A DNA stretch of 64,000 nucleotides. Origin: Desulfosoma sp. (lineage in GTDB: Bacteria > Desulfobacterota > Syntrophobacteria > Syntrophobacterales > DSM-9756). The position numbers and the translations under genes are program-made. This document shows positions 36,579 to 46,198 of this stretch, piece by piece (position 1 is the stretch's first letter; each line of letters opens with the position of its first letter). The DNA is taken from assembly GCA_037481835.1 (NCBI GenBank), contig JBBFKW010000014.1, positions 79,657-143,656 of the forward strand, in the 5' to 3' direction. The notes beneath the pieces were generated by a model. The model made no database searches and was not told the origin of the DNA. It saw nothing but the letters and a program-made list of their open reading frames with translations.

Positions 36579-39441
36579 TATCCCGGATCTTATCCGCCGG
36601 GAGGGGAAAACCCCCTGCGTCGTGACCTTGAGCGATGAGGCGTTCAAAGACGCCCTGGCCCTGAAGCTCCTTGAGGAGGCGCATGAATTCTTTCGATCGT
36701 GGCGCGCGGGAAACCCGAGGGAAGTTTTGAAAGAGTCCGCCGATCTCTTGGAAGTCATCCTGGCGGCGCTGGAAGCACAGGGCCTGCGATGGGAGGACCT
36801 GCTCCGGGAGCGTGAAGAAAGGCGAGCCCAGCGCGGGGCCTTTCTGAAGAGGCTCTTTCTCCAGTGGGTCGGTGAAGATCCCTCAAACGGCGACGTCTTT
36901 GAGGACGTTCCGGACTTGATCATCGGGCCCCTTGAAAGCGATCGGTTGGTGAGGCTCATTAAATCCGAAATCGCTCGGAGCAAAGCCGTCTCCATCGCGT
37001 CCGCCTTCTTTTCCCCGGCCGTAATGAACCTGATGCTTCGCGATTTCACGGAGTTTCTCGACCGGGGGCACGATCTGCGGATCATTGTCTCCACCATGGG
37101 AAACATGATCCCGCCGGAGCACCTTGTGCACCTCAAAAACAATATCCCGAAAATAAGATTGCGCATCTACCATCCTGCGGACATCCCGTACGACCAGAAT
37201 CCTCCCAATTTTCACGTCAAGGTCTACCTTTTCCATCGCCTCGATGGAACCGGCGCTTTCCTCATAGGATCGTCCAATTTCACCCAGGCGGGTCTTTGCA
37301 CCAATGTGGAATGGAATTACTTCTCAGCCCACGAAATCAACCTTCCCTTCGCGGAAAAGTCCGCCTTTTCCAAGGCGCTCCAGACCTTCGACCAATACTG
37401 GGAAAAGTATGCCGTCGAGCCGAGTGAGGAATTTCTCCAAGCCTATCGGAGGCGTTTTCAGGAAAGCCGCCGGGCGATGGCCGGTGCGGACGAAGGGGTG
37501 CCGGGTCTGGTCGATGTCTTTTTTACCAAACAAAAGGCTTTTAGGACGGAGAGAATCCCAAGAATCCAGGCTAACGAAGCCCAACAAGAGGCCCTTCGGC
37601 GGCTGGACCGCCTTCGACGTCACGGCGTTTCCAAGGCCGCCGTGATCGCCGCCACTGGTGTGGGCAAGACGTACCTCGCCGCCATGGACTTCAAGCAGTC
37701 CGGCGCCAAGAGGCTCCTTTTCGTCGCCCACCGTGAAAACATCCTCGATGCAGCCCTCCGCAGTTTCAGACGGGTGCTCGGCGATGAAAAGTTCGGGGTG
37801 CTCTACGGAGGCGGCAATCATGCCCATGACACCGGGGATTCCCTCTTCGCCATGATCCAAACCTTGAGCCGAGAAGACCATCTCGGGAAGTTCCCTCGGG
37901 AAGCTTTCGACTATATGGTGGTGGACGAATTTCACCACGCCATGGCGCCGAGCTACCTAAGGGTCGTGGAATACTTTCGCCCCAAGTTTCTCCTGGGGCT
38001 GACGGCGACCCCGGAACGCATGGATGGGAGGGATGTCCTCGCCCTGTGCGAGGGCCACGTCGCCTACGAACTGCGCCTTCTCGAAGCCATCGACAGAGGC
38101 CTTCTTTGCCCGTTCCATTACTTCGCCATTTACGATCCCGTGGATTACGAACAGATCACGTGGCGAGGAACGCACTACGATCCGGACGAACTGACCGAGG
38201 CTTTGAAAAACGACACGCGGACGGCGATCCTCGCCCGGAACCTGAAACGCTATCTGCCGTCGTTTGGAAAGGTCAAAGCCCTGGCCTTTTGCAGCTCGGT
38301 GGCGCACGCTCGATACACGGCCCACATGTTGAACACCGAACACGGCATCGGCGCCGCGACCCTGACGGGCGAGAGCCCAGAAGAGGAGAGAAGCGAAGCG
38401 ATTCGGAGACTGCGAGATGAGTCGGATCCACTGCAGGTGCTGTGTGTCGTGGACATCTTCAACGAAGGCGTGGACATCCCCGAGCTGACCCACGTGCTCT
38501 TTCTGCGGCCCACGCTGTCGTTCACGGTCTTCCTGCAGCAATTGGGTCGAGGGCTGCGGCGCGTGGATCGCAAGGAATTCGTGGTGGTCATCGACTTTGT
38601 CGGCAATTTTCGACGGGCCCACGTCGCTCCCCTGGCGCTTCAAGGGTTCGCTTCGGAAGAGGAATTCGCGGAAGCGGTTCGAAATGGTGTGCCCCCGGTG
38701 GCTCGCCTCCCCAAGGGGTGTTTTCTCGATATCGACACTCCCGTGCGTCGTCTCTGGGATGAAGAGATCCGAAAAATCCTGCGCGGTCAGCTGGGTGCAT
38801 CCGAACGGCTCAAACTGCTCTATCTGGAAATCAAGGAGGATTTGGGCGGGAAGTCCCCCTCCCTGGTGGATCTCGTCGCCAATTCCAGGGGTGTGGACCC
38901 TCAGCGGTTCATCCACCACTTTAACGGCTGGCTTCGAACGAAGCTCTACTGTGAGGAGGATCTATCGGCTTTCGAAAAGTCCCTGTTGGATACTCCCGGG
39001 GAAGCGTTTCTCCTCCATCTGGAAAAAGATTTGCATCCCACCAAATCCTATAAGATGGTTGTGCTGAAAAGCCTCTTGAAAATGCCGGGGACGCGGTGGG
39101 CGGTGGAGGATATCGCGCGGAGATTCCTGGATTATTACGTGAGGAATCCCGATAAGGCCGCCGATTACGAAGAACTTGCCCGGCACGGGAATCCTGGGGA
39201 ATTCCCGCTGAAGAAAGTCGTTTCCAAGCTCAAGTCCATGCCCTTGCATTATCTGAGCAATACGGAAAAGGATTTCTTCATTTTCGACAAGACTCAAGGG
39301 AAGTTTGAGCTCAAAGCCCACGTGATTCCCTATTGGAAGGACCAGAGATTCCGCCAAATGGTGGAAGAAAGAGTCGAATACGGGCTCATCCGTTACTTTC
39401 AGCGGCTGAGGGACGAATCCGAGAACGCGCCGAGCCCGTGA
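36541..39441 (+). CDS. MazG/PRA-PH-like pyrophosphohydrolase + PLD nuclease + SF2 (ResIII-type) helicase fusion
   Basis: YRKLVRDNIP..KLLEE..ESADLLEV; FHVKVY..GSSNFT; ATGVGKT, DEFHH, TATP, QQLGRGLR. Confidence 0.85.
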   Translation: MTRTVYRKLVRDNIPDLIRREGKTPCVVTLSDEAFKDALALKLLEEAHEFFRSWRAGNPREVLKESADLLEVILAALEAQGLRWEDLLREREERRAQRGAFLKRLFLQWVGEDPSNGDVFEDVPDLIIGPLESDRLVRLIKSEIARSKAVSIASAFFSPAVMNLMLRDFTEFLDRGHDLRIIVSTMGNMIPPEHLVHLKNNIPKIRLRIYHPADIPYDQNPPNFHVKVYLFHRLDGTGAFLIGSSNFTQAGLCTNVEWNYFSAHEINLPFAEKSAFSKALQTFDQYWEKYAVEPSEEFLQAYRRRFQESRRAMAGADEGVPGLVDVFFTKQKAFRTERIPRIQANEAQQEALRRLDRLRRHGVSKAAVIAATGVGKTYLAAMDFKQSGAKRLLFVAHRENILDAALRSFRRVLGDEKFGVLYGGGNHAHDTGDSLFAMIQTLSREDHLGKFPREAFDYMVVDEFHHAMAPSYLRVVEYFRPKFLLGLTATPERMDGRDVLALCEGHVAYELRLLEAIDRGLLCPFHYFAIYDPVDYEQITWRGTHYDPDELTEALKNDTRTAILARNLKRYLPSFGKVKALAFCSSVAHARYTAHMLNTEHGIGAATLTGESPEEERSEAIRRLRDESDPLQVLCVVDIFNEGVDIPELTHVLFLRPTLSFTVFLQQLGRGLRRVDRKEFVVVIDFVGNFRRAHVAPLALQGFASEEEFAEAVRNGVPPVARLPKGCFLDIDTPVRRLWDEEIRKILRGQLGASERLKLLYLEIKEDLGGKSPSLVDLVANSRGVDPQRFIHHFNGWLRTKLYCEEDLSAFEKSLLDTPGEAFLLHLEKDLHPTKSYKMVVLKSLLKMPGTRWAVEDIARRFLDYYVRNPDKAADYEELARHGNPGEFPLKKVVSKLKSMPLHYLSNTEKDFFIFDKTQGKFELKAHVIPYWKDQRFRQMVEERVEYGLIRYFQRLRDESENAPSP

Positions 39442-39622
39442 CGGCCGCCGCGCGGCGGGTTCTCATGGGATGATGTGAGTCGGCCGATGGCGTGAATGCA
39501 CAAAACGCGTTTGACGGTGTTTCCCCTTTCACGTAAAGTCCGTGGTGCGCGGATTGTTCATGTTCTCTGGAAATATCCATGTCGGCTTCTCAATCCCCCC
39601 CCACACACCGAGGAGGATGCTC

Positions 39623-41266
39623 ATGACGGATCACGCTCACCTTTCACCGGATGCCGCCGTTCAGGAATGGTTGAAGGAGTACGGAGGAACCCGGGTCAAC
39701 GCAGCCCACTTCATCTGCGACCGACACACGGATATCCCCGAACGCATCGCCCTCTTTTATGAAACCGCAGGCGGAGAAAGTTCCAAGTGGACTTTTCGGG
39801 AGCTCCGCGATCTTTCGCAAAAACTGGCCGCATTTCTCCGGGCCGCCGGGGTCGGCAAAGGGGATCGGGTGGCGGCCATGCTGCCCAAGAGTCCCGAGCT
39901 GCTCATCACCACCTTGGCGGTTTGGCGCCTGGGTGCGGTCTATGTCCCCTTGTTCACCGCCTTCGGCCCCGATGCCATCGACTATCGGGTCTTGGACAGC
40001 CGCTGCAAGATGGTGGTGACCAACAGCGCCCATCGGCCCAAGATTTCCCAAACCCAGGCGTACGGGCAGGGGGCCCTGGAGGTGGTCACCGTGAGCGACG
40101 GCCTGGGCAAGGGTCTTCGCAAGGGCGACTACAGCTTCTGGGCGGAACTGGAAGGGGCGGGGTCCCTCGACGAGGTGGAATGGGTGACCGGGGACGATCT
40201 GATGATCCTCCTTTACACCTCGGGGACAACCGGGACGCCCAAGGGGGTGGAAGTCCCGATCAGGGCTCTGGCCTCCTTTGAAACCTATATGCGATTCGGC
40301 TTGGATCTTCGTGAAAACGACGTCTACTGGAACATGGCCGATCCGGGGTGGGCCTACGGTCTTTACTACAATCTCATCGGAGCCATGCTCATCGGCAAGG
40401 GGACCCTCTTTGTCAATGCCCCCTTTGACCCGTCTGTGATCTACAGGGTACTCGAAAAATACCGGGTGACCAATTTCGCGTCCGCTCCCACGGCCTATAG
40501 GGCCCTCAAGGCCCACGGCCTGGAGGCGGCCCGAAAACATCGCTTCCACATTCGATGCGCATCCAGCGCCGGGGAGCCCCTCAATCCCGAAGTCATCCAA
40601 TGGTTCCAGTACCTGTGGGGCGTGCAGATCCACGACCAGTACGGACAGACCGAACTGGGCATGGCGGCCAACAACCACCATCACCCCGCCGCCGAACGCC
40701 CCATCAAGCTCGGGTCCATGGGCCCGTCCATGCCCGGGTTCCGCATGGTCGTGGTCGATGATGAGGGCAACGAGCTGGGACCGGGCCAGGAAGGCCACTT
40801 TGCCGTGGACACCCGCCAGTCCCCCGTCATGTGGTTCCGGGGATACTGGAACGCGCCCGACAAGACGGCGGAAAAGTTTGTGGCAAGCGGCCGGTATTAC
40901 CTCACCGGAGACACCGTGAGCCGGGACGAGGACGGCTATTTCTACTTCAGCGGTCGAAGTGACGACATTATCCTGAGCGCCGGGTATCGCATCGGGCCCT
41001 TCGAAGTGGAATCGGCCATCATGAAACACGACGCCGTGGCGGAGGTGGCCGTGATCGGGGTTCCCGACGAGCTGCGGGGAGAAGTGGTCAAGGCCTATGT
41101 GGTGCTCAAGCGGGATTACCAGGCCGGCGAGGCGCTGGCGGAGGAAATCAAGGGATTCGTCAAGGCGCAGCTTTCCGCCCACCAGTACCCCCGGGAGATA
41201 GAATTTGTGGACCAATTGCCCAAAACGCCCAGCGGCAAAGTCCAAAGGTTCCTTTTGAGAAAATGA
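39623..41266 (+). CDS. Acyl-CoA synthetase (AMP-binding, acetate-CoA ligase-like)
   Basis: RBS AGGAGG; YTSGTTGTPKG, ADPGWAYG, YGQTE, GRSDD, PKTPSGK. Confidence 0.92.
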   Translation: MTDHAHLSPDAAVQEWLKEYGGTRVNAAHFICDRHTDIPERIALFYETAGGESSKWTFRELRDLSQKLAAFLRAAGVGKGDRVAAMLPKSPELLITTLAVWRLGAVYVPLFTAFGPDAIDYRVLDSRCKMVVTNSAHRPKISQTQAYGQGALEVVTVSDGLGKGLRKGDYSFWAELEGAGSLDEVEWVTGDDLMILLYTSGTTGTPKGVEVPIRALASFETYMRFGLDLRENDVYWNMADPGWAYGLYYNLIGAMLIGKGTLFVNAPFDPSVIYRVLEKYRVTNFASAPTAYRALKAHGLEAARKHRFHIRCASSAGEPLNPEVIQWFQYLWGVQIHDQYGQTELGMAANNHHHPAAERPIKLGSMGPSMPGFRMVVVDDEGNELGPGQEGHFAVDTRQSPVMWFRGYWNAPDKTAEKFVASGRYYLTGDTVSRDEDGYFYFSGRSDDIILSAGYRIGPFEVESAIMKHDAVAEVAVIGVPDELRGEVVKAYVVLKRDYQAGEALAEEIKGFVKAQLSAHQYPREIEFVDQLPKTPSGKVQRFLLRK

Positions 41267-41332
41267 GGGGAAGAGGGCAGTGGCGAATGCCCCAATAGGC
41301 ACAAGGGAGTTTCGAACGACGATCGGAGGATC

Positions 41333-42193
41333 ATGTTCATGGAAGGAGGTCGCCCGAGCGCGACGGCACAGCGTGTGGCCATGAAACGGGCGGCGCATCA
41401 AATCCTCGATGATCCGAAGATTTTCGAGGATCCGCTTGCGCTCACGATCATCGGCCACGAGTGCGCAACGGCCCTACGAGCCAATCCATGTCCATTTGAA
41501 TCCAGTCCGCTGTCGCCTTACATACGGGCGTTTGTTGCGGCACGCAGTCGATATGCGGAAGACGAACTCGCGCTCGGCGTGCAGCGAGGCGTAAGCCAAT
41601 ATGTCATTTTGGGCGCAGGGCTCGACACATTCGCGTACCGGAACCCCTATCCTCAAGGGGTGCTGCGCGTTTTCGAAGTCGACCACCCCAAGACGCAGAG
41701 CTGGAAGCGAGAGCGCCTCAAGGAGGTTGGTATCGCGCTGCCGGGTGATCTGACGTTCGTGCCCATTGACTTTGAAAAACAATCCCTCGAAGAGGCTTTA
41801 CGGGATGCGGGCTACGATCCTCGCAGGGGCACGTTCTTCTCGTGGCTCGGCGTGACGGAATACTTGACGACCGACACGGTGATGGCCACGTTGCGTTTCA
41901 TCGCATCGGCGCCGGCGGGGAGTGGAATCGTCTTCGACTATATGATCTCGCCATCGTTGTTGACGCCCGCCCAGCGGGTTCTTTTTGATGCCCTCGCACA
42001 GAGGGTGGCGTCAGCCGGGGAACCGTGGCACGCATTCTTCGACCCTGCATTACTGTCAAGAGACTTGCAAGCCATGGGCTTTGGATATACTGAGGACAAA
42101 GGGCCGCAAGAGATCAACGCCCGATACTTCAAGGATCGCAAAGACGGGTTACGGGTCGGGAGTTTGGCGCACATCATGATTGCCCGGGTATGA
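41333..42193 (+). CDS. SAM-dependent methyltransferase (leucine carboxyl methyltransferase-like)
   Basis: SATA..RAAH, QYVILGAGLDTFAYR, FEVDHP, WLGVTEYL. Confidence 0.88.
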   Translation: MFMEGGRPSATAQRVAMKRAAHQILDDPKIFEDPLALTIIGHECATALRANPCPFESSPLSPYIRAFVAARSRYAEDELALGVQRGVSQYVILGAGLDTFAYRNPYPQGVLRVFEVDHPKTQSWKRERLKEVGIALPGDLTFVPIDFEKQSLEEALRDAGYDPRRGTFFSWLGVTEYLTTDTVMATLRFIASAPAGSGIVFDYMISPSLLTPAQRVLFDALAQRVASAGEPWHAFFDPALLSRDLQAMGFGYTEDKGPQEINARYFKDRKDGLRVGSLAHIMIARV

Positions 42194-42208
42194 ACAACAG
42201 CGAGATCC

Positions 42209-42272
42209 GCTGAACTCGGCACGGAAACGGGTCGGCCATAAAACCGGCCTCCCGCTTGGCCTTTCGTTGGGC
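42209..42272 (+). other. Degenerate integron attC-like site
   Basis: GCTGAAC-5nt-ACGGAAACGGGTCGGCC..GGCCTCCCGCTTGGC-5nt-GTTGGGC (R' matches GTTRRRY). Confidence 0.55.
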
Positions 42273-42330
42273 GGCAGGAAGGCCCCACGTGCCGCCTCAC
42301 AAAACAATGGGGCGAAAGGAGAATAGAGCA

Positions 42331-43014
42331 ATGAGTGAAGAGACCGCAAGAATCCCATTGATTGGCGACAAGGCGCCGGCGTTCACGGCTCGGACAACAC
42401 AAGGCGAAATCAATTTCCCCAAAGATTTTGAAGGAAGCTGGGTCGTCTTTTTCTCGCATCCGGCAGATTTCACGCCGGTTTGTACGACGGAGTTCATGAC
42501 CTTTGCCTCCATGCAAGGCGAATTTGCCAAGAGGAACTGCAAACTCCTCGGTCTTTCCATTGACAGCATTTACGCGCATATTGCCTGGCTGCGAACGATC
42601 AAGGAGAAGATCAAGTACAAGGGGATGGAAGATATCGAAGTCACTTTTCCGGTCATTGAAGACCTCACAATGAGTGTGTCAAAAGCTTTTGGTATGCTGC
42701 AGCCTGGCGCAAGCTCCACCCAGGCGGTGAGGGCTGTCTTTATTATCGATCCCAAAGGAATCGTGCGGGCGATTCTTTATTACCCGCTCTCCAACGGGCG
42801 CAATATTGATGAGATCATGCGTCTGCTGATCGCTCTGCAAACTTCCGACGAGTATGGCGTCGCGACCCCGGCGAACTGGCGACCCGGCGACGATGTTATT
42901 GTTCCACCTCCGGGGTCGTGCGGCGTGGCCAAAGAACGCACTGAGAAGCCCGATCCCGATGTGACATATCTCGATTGGTTCATGTGCTTGAAAAAACTGC
43001 CAGAGGTCAAATAG
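42331..43014 (+). CDS. Peroxiredoxin (Prx6/TSA family)
   Basis: RBS AAGGAG; FSHPADFTPVCTTEF, GRNIDE, ATPANW. Confidence 0.95.
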   Translation: MSEETARIPLIGDKAPAFTARTTQGEINFPKDFEGSWVVFFSHPADFTPVCTTEFMTFASMQGEFAKRNCKLLGLSIDSIYAHIAWLRTIKEKIKYKGMEDIEVTFPVIEDLTMSVSKAFGMLQPGASSTQAVRAVFIIDPKGIVRAILYYPLSNGRNIDEIMRLLIALQTSDEYGVATPANWRPGDDVIVPPPGSCGVAKERTEKPDPDVTYLDWFMCLKKLPEVK

Positions 43015-43018
43015 AGCC

Positions 43019-43090
43019 CCTTGACGTGCGCTTGCACCTGCCGCCGCTGTGCTGGGCTCCGCGGCGCAGGTGAGGCGCAGTCCCTTAGCC
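43019..43090 (+). other. Degenerate integron attC-like site
   Basis: TGCGCTTGCACCTGCCGCCGC pairs with GCGGCGCAGGTGAGGCGCA leaving two bulged bases; ends CCTTGAC / CTTAGCC are mutated R boxes. Confidence 0.55.
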
Positions 43091-43108
43091 GCAAAAAACA
43101 ATCAAAAT

Positions 43109-44128
43109 ATGGCCCACAAGAAACGTCCATGGCGTAGGCTTCTTTTGCTGATCGCCATCCTCGCTATGATGGGCCTGTCCTATTTGCTCTGGTCCCCGGG
43201 CAAGACCTTTCTCGATGGGAGACACGATCTTCGTTCCAACGGAATCTGGCTCCAGCATGGCTGGCTCGGGGATGATCAGTGGTTCCAACGGAATCGCAAA
43301 GACAAAGCTCTCTTCCGGGATGAAGGGAGGATCAAAGCCCTTGCCGCGCTCCTCGCCAGCCACGGGATAAAGTACGTCTTCCCCCATGCCTGCCCCTGCG
43401 ACCCCGGCGGGAGGATCGCTCCCGTTGATCCGGTTCAGACGGAGCGGTTTCTCGACCACTTCCAAGACTTCCAGGTTCTCCCGTGGATCGGCGGGGTCCT
43501 CGGCGTCCACTGCTCGCCGCGATCTGCGAAGTGGAGACGCAACTTTGTCTCCTCCGTGGTCGACCTCCTGCGGGTGCACCCACGGCTGGCAGGGGTCCAT
43601 GTCAACATCGAGCCCATGCCATCGGGCAACAGGGATTTCTTGCTCCTATTGGATGAACTTCGAAGAGCCATGCCTCCCGGGAAGATCCTCTCTGTGGCGG
43701 CCTATCCGCCGCCGACTCTATGGCACCCGTTTTCCGATGTGCACTGGGACGAAGCCTATTTCCGGGACGTTGCTCAACGAACCGCACAGCTTGTCCCCAT
43801 GATGTACGACACAGCCGTCAGGTTGCCAAAGCTCTATCGGCACCTGATGGCCTCTTGGACTTCAGAGGTTCTCGATTGGTCCGGAGATACACAAGTCCTC
43901 CTCGGCATCCCCGCTTACGATGATGCCGGAGTCGGCTACCATTTTCCCGCCGTAGAAAACCTGCAAAATGCCCTGTGGGGCATCCATGCAGGGTTGAATG
44001 CACGGAAGTCCCTGCCCAAGAACTATGCCGGCGTTGCGATTTACTGCGAATGGGAAATGGACCCGCAGGAGTGGGACGACTTCAGAAGGGAATTTGAAAG
44101 AGCCCCGGATGGCCTGACAAGACGCTGA
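43109..44128 (+). CDS. Membrane-anchored/exported protein, possibly GH18-like TIM barrel
   Basis: N-terminal TM; GVHVNIEP, PMMYDT, LLGIPAY, GVAIYCEW. Confidence 0.65.
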   Translation: MAHKKRPWRRLLLLIAILAMMGLSYLLWSPGKTFLDGRHDLRSNGIWLQHGWLGDDQWFQRNRKDKALFRDEGRIKALAALLASHGIKYVFPHACPCDPGGRIAPVDPVQTERFLDHFQDFQVLPWIGGVLGVHCSPRSAKWRRNFVSSVVDLLRVHPRLAGVHVNIEPMPSGNRDFLLLLDELRRAMPPGKILSVAAYPPPTLWHPFSDVHWDEAYFRDVAQRTAQLVPMMYDTAVRLPKLYRHLMASWTSEVLDWSGDTQVLLGIPAYDDAGVGYHFPAVENLQNALWGIHAGLNARKSLPKNYAGVAIYCEWEMDPQEWDDFRREFERAPDGLTRR

Positions 44129-44490
44129 ACGGGGAGGGCGTTCCGCCTTGGGTCAGCGGCGCCGTAAGGCTGCAGCAAGGCCCTATGGGATTCAACACCC
44201 CGAACCCGGATTTCTAATCGGGGCGATCTTCTGCGGGCCGCAGGGCATCCTGGGTTGCAAGCTCCTGGGAAGTCCCCGGCTTTTCGCGAAGGCGTTTCCC
44301 AAGATTTTCGAGAGCTTTGCCTACAATGTGATTTTCACGGAAGAGAGGGCGCAGACCCGGTGCAAGGAGGCGGAAGGCCGGCAGGGGGCGGTTCTGACGA
44401 CCCCGGTTTCTGGTTGCGCCTCAGCGGGGGAAGGAACGCATGTGCGCCTGGAGACGGAGAAAATCATCGGATCGCCGGTGCCTGGCAGGT

Positions 44491-44602
44491 GAATAAACTC
44501 GTAGGTTGGGGTGAGCGAAGCGAACCCCAACTGAGATCTCCATCCGGCGAGACAAAGAACCCTGAAAGTCCTGCCCTCCCAGATTCCAACCGGGACTTTC
44601 AT
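44491..44602. repeat. REP copy plus TGAAAGTC..GACTTTCA hairpin unit
   Basis: 44491-44531 is the exact reverse complement of 29391-29431; hairpin related to the 78-bp unit. Confidence 0.75.
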
Positions 44603-44661
44603 GTGAATTCCAAGAAACCCTCTTGGCCATGCCCACAGGAGAAAACGCTTGGAAACTCATC

Positions 44662-44982
44662 ATGAAAAGCGAAGAGTTTATAGATTCATTTTACTGGCCG
44701 GCTCACAACCCAGGCCTTCCCTGGCACATGTGGGCCGCCACATCCGGTGTGATCGAGGAATGGAAGAATTTTTACCCGACGGGAATCGACCCGCGAGAAG
44801 GCTTTCAAAAGCGTTTCCGCGGCATCATTGACCCAGGCTTGGAAGTTATTGACTGGGGAAGAACGGAGCCTTCACTTTCCATGTTCCGCGTTATTGACAG
44901 GCGTTATGTTCCGCCACGGTGCAATCAGCTTTGCATTCTGGAAGCAGGACCCGCGGAGAAAGCCCTTTTTTCTTCACCCTGA
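44662..44982 (+). CDS. Hypothetical protein
   Basis: 106-aa ORF in otherwise empty region; no recognised motif. Confidence 0.3.
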   Translation: MKSEEFIDSFYWPAHNPGLPWHMWAATSGVIEEWKNFYPTGIDPREGFQKRFRGIIDPGLEVIDWGRTEPSLSMFRVIDRRYVPPRCNQLCILEAGPAEKALFSSP

Positions 44983-45254
44983 ATCCGCCAAATAGTATCA
45001 ATCCATGCTGGTCAGGGAGATTCCGGCAAACCACAGGTTTCCCGATTCCATCTGGACAAACCTGGGCAAAAGGGTCCCCATGGTTGCATGCCTATACGCG
45101 CGGGCGACGAGGCTGCCCTTAAGCGGCCGGAGCAGGCCCCTGAGCTGCTTCCAGCCTTTCCTTTCGACGCCGCGGTTTCCGACCCGCCGGATCCACCTCT
45201 AAGACCAGAAAAGAAAAAAGGACTTGGGTTTTTCAACCAAGTCCTTGATTGTCC

Positions 45255-45331
<77 letters not shown>

Positions 45332-45396
45332 ACGGCCGGTGAAACGACGGGTTCATACCACTTTGGGCGGCGCGGGGCAAGGGAAAAATCCCGGCG

Positions 45397-46191
45397 TCAT
45401 CTGCGGGATCCCGCCACGTGGAGCCGCCCGGCCGGGCTTTCCAGGCCCCAGCGCTTGAGTTCCGCCACCATGCCGTGATGGGTGAGATCGTGCTGGATGG
45501 GGGTGACGGAGATGTAGCCGTCGGCCAAGGCCTTGACGTCGGCGTCCGGGGCGTTTTCCGTGGAGATCACCGATCCCGTGAGCCAGTAGTAGACGCGGTT
45601 TCGAGGATCCACCCGGCGCTCGTAGTTTTCCTCGTAGGTCAACTTCCCCTGGCGGGTGACCCTCATGCCCCGAATGTCTTCCCGGGCACGGTTGGGCACG
45701 TTGACGTTGAGGCACACCCCGCGGGGCAGGCCCCGCTTTTCGATGAGTTCCAGCAGGTGGAGCACGGCGTCCGTCGCCCCGCTAAAATCCTGGGGCTGAA
45801 AGGAGTCGATGGAGACGGCCAGCGCCGGAAAGCCCAGGATGGCCCCTTCGGTCGCGGCGGAAACCGTCCCGGAGTAGAGCACGTTGATTCCCACGTTGGC
45901 CCCCAGGTTGATCCCCGAGACCACCACGTCGGGAAGGGGGCGCATGAGTTCGGCGATGCCCAGCTTGACGCAGTCTGCCGGTGTTCCCGTGCAGGCGTAG
46001 CCGAAAAAGGCGCCGTTTCGCTTGACCGGCTTGACGAGCAAGGGGTCCAGAAAGGTGATGGCGTGCCCGACGGCGCTGCGTTCCGTTTCCGGCGCGATGA
46101 CGTAGACCTCGTGGCGGGCGCTCAGGGCTTCGTAGAGGGCTTCGATGCCTTTGGCGAAGATGCCGTCGTCGTTGGTGAGGAGAATCCGCAT
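45397..46191 (-). CDS. surE: 5'/3'-nucleotidase SurE
   Basis: MRILLTNDDG, GTPADC, SGINLGAN, YSGTV. Confidence 0.97.
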   Translation of the reverse strand: MRILLTNDDGIFAKGIEALYEALSARHEVYVIAPETERSAVGHAITFLDPLLVKPVKRNGAFFGYACTGTPADCVKLGIAELMRPLPDVVVSGINLGANVGINVLYSGTVSAATEGAILGFPALAVSIDSFQPQDFSGATDAVLHLLELIEKRGLPRGVCLNVNVPNRAREDIRGMRVTRQGKLTYEENYERRVDPRNRVYYWLTGSVISTENAPDADVKALADGYISVTPIQHDLTHHGMVAELKRWGLESPAGRLHVAGSRR

Positions 46192-46198
46192 AGGCTTG

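Noticed and set aside
39421..39464. Additional attC after the helicase gene
   Set aside because: GAGAAC..GTTCTC hairpin is too short and lacks GTTRRRY/L-box spacing
39644..41458. 604-aa minus-strand ORF
   Set aside because: Antisense shadow of the acyl-CoA synthetase
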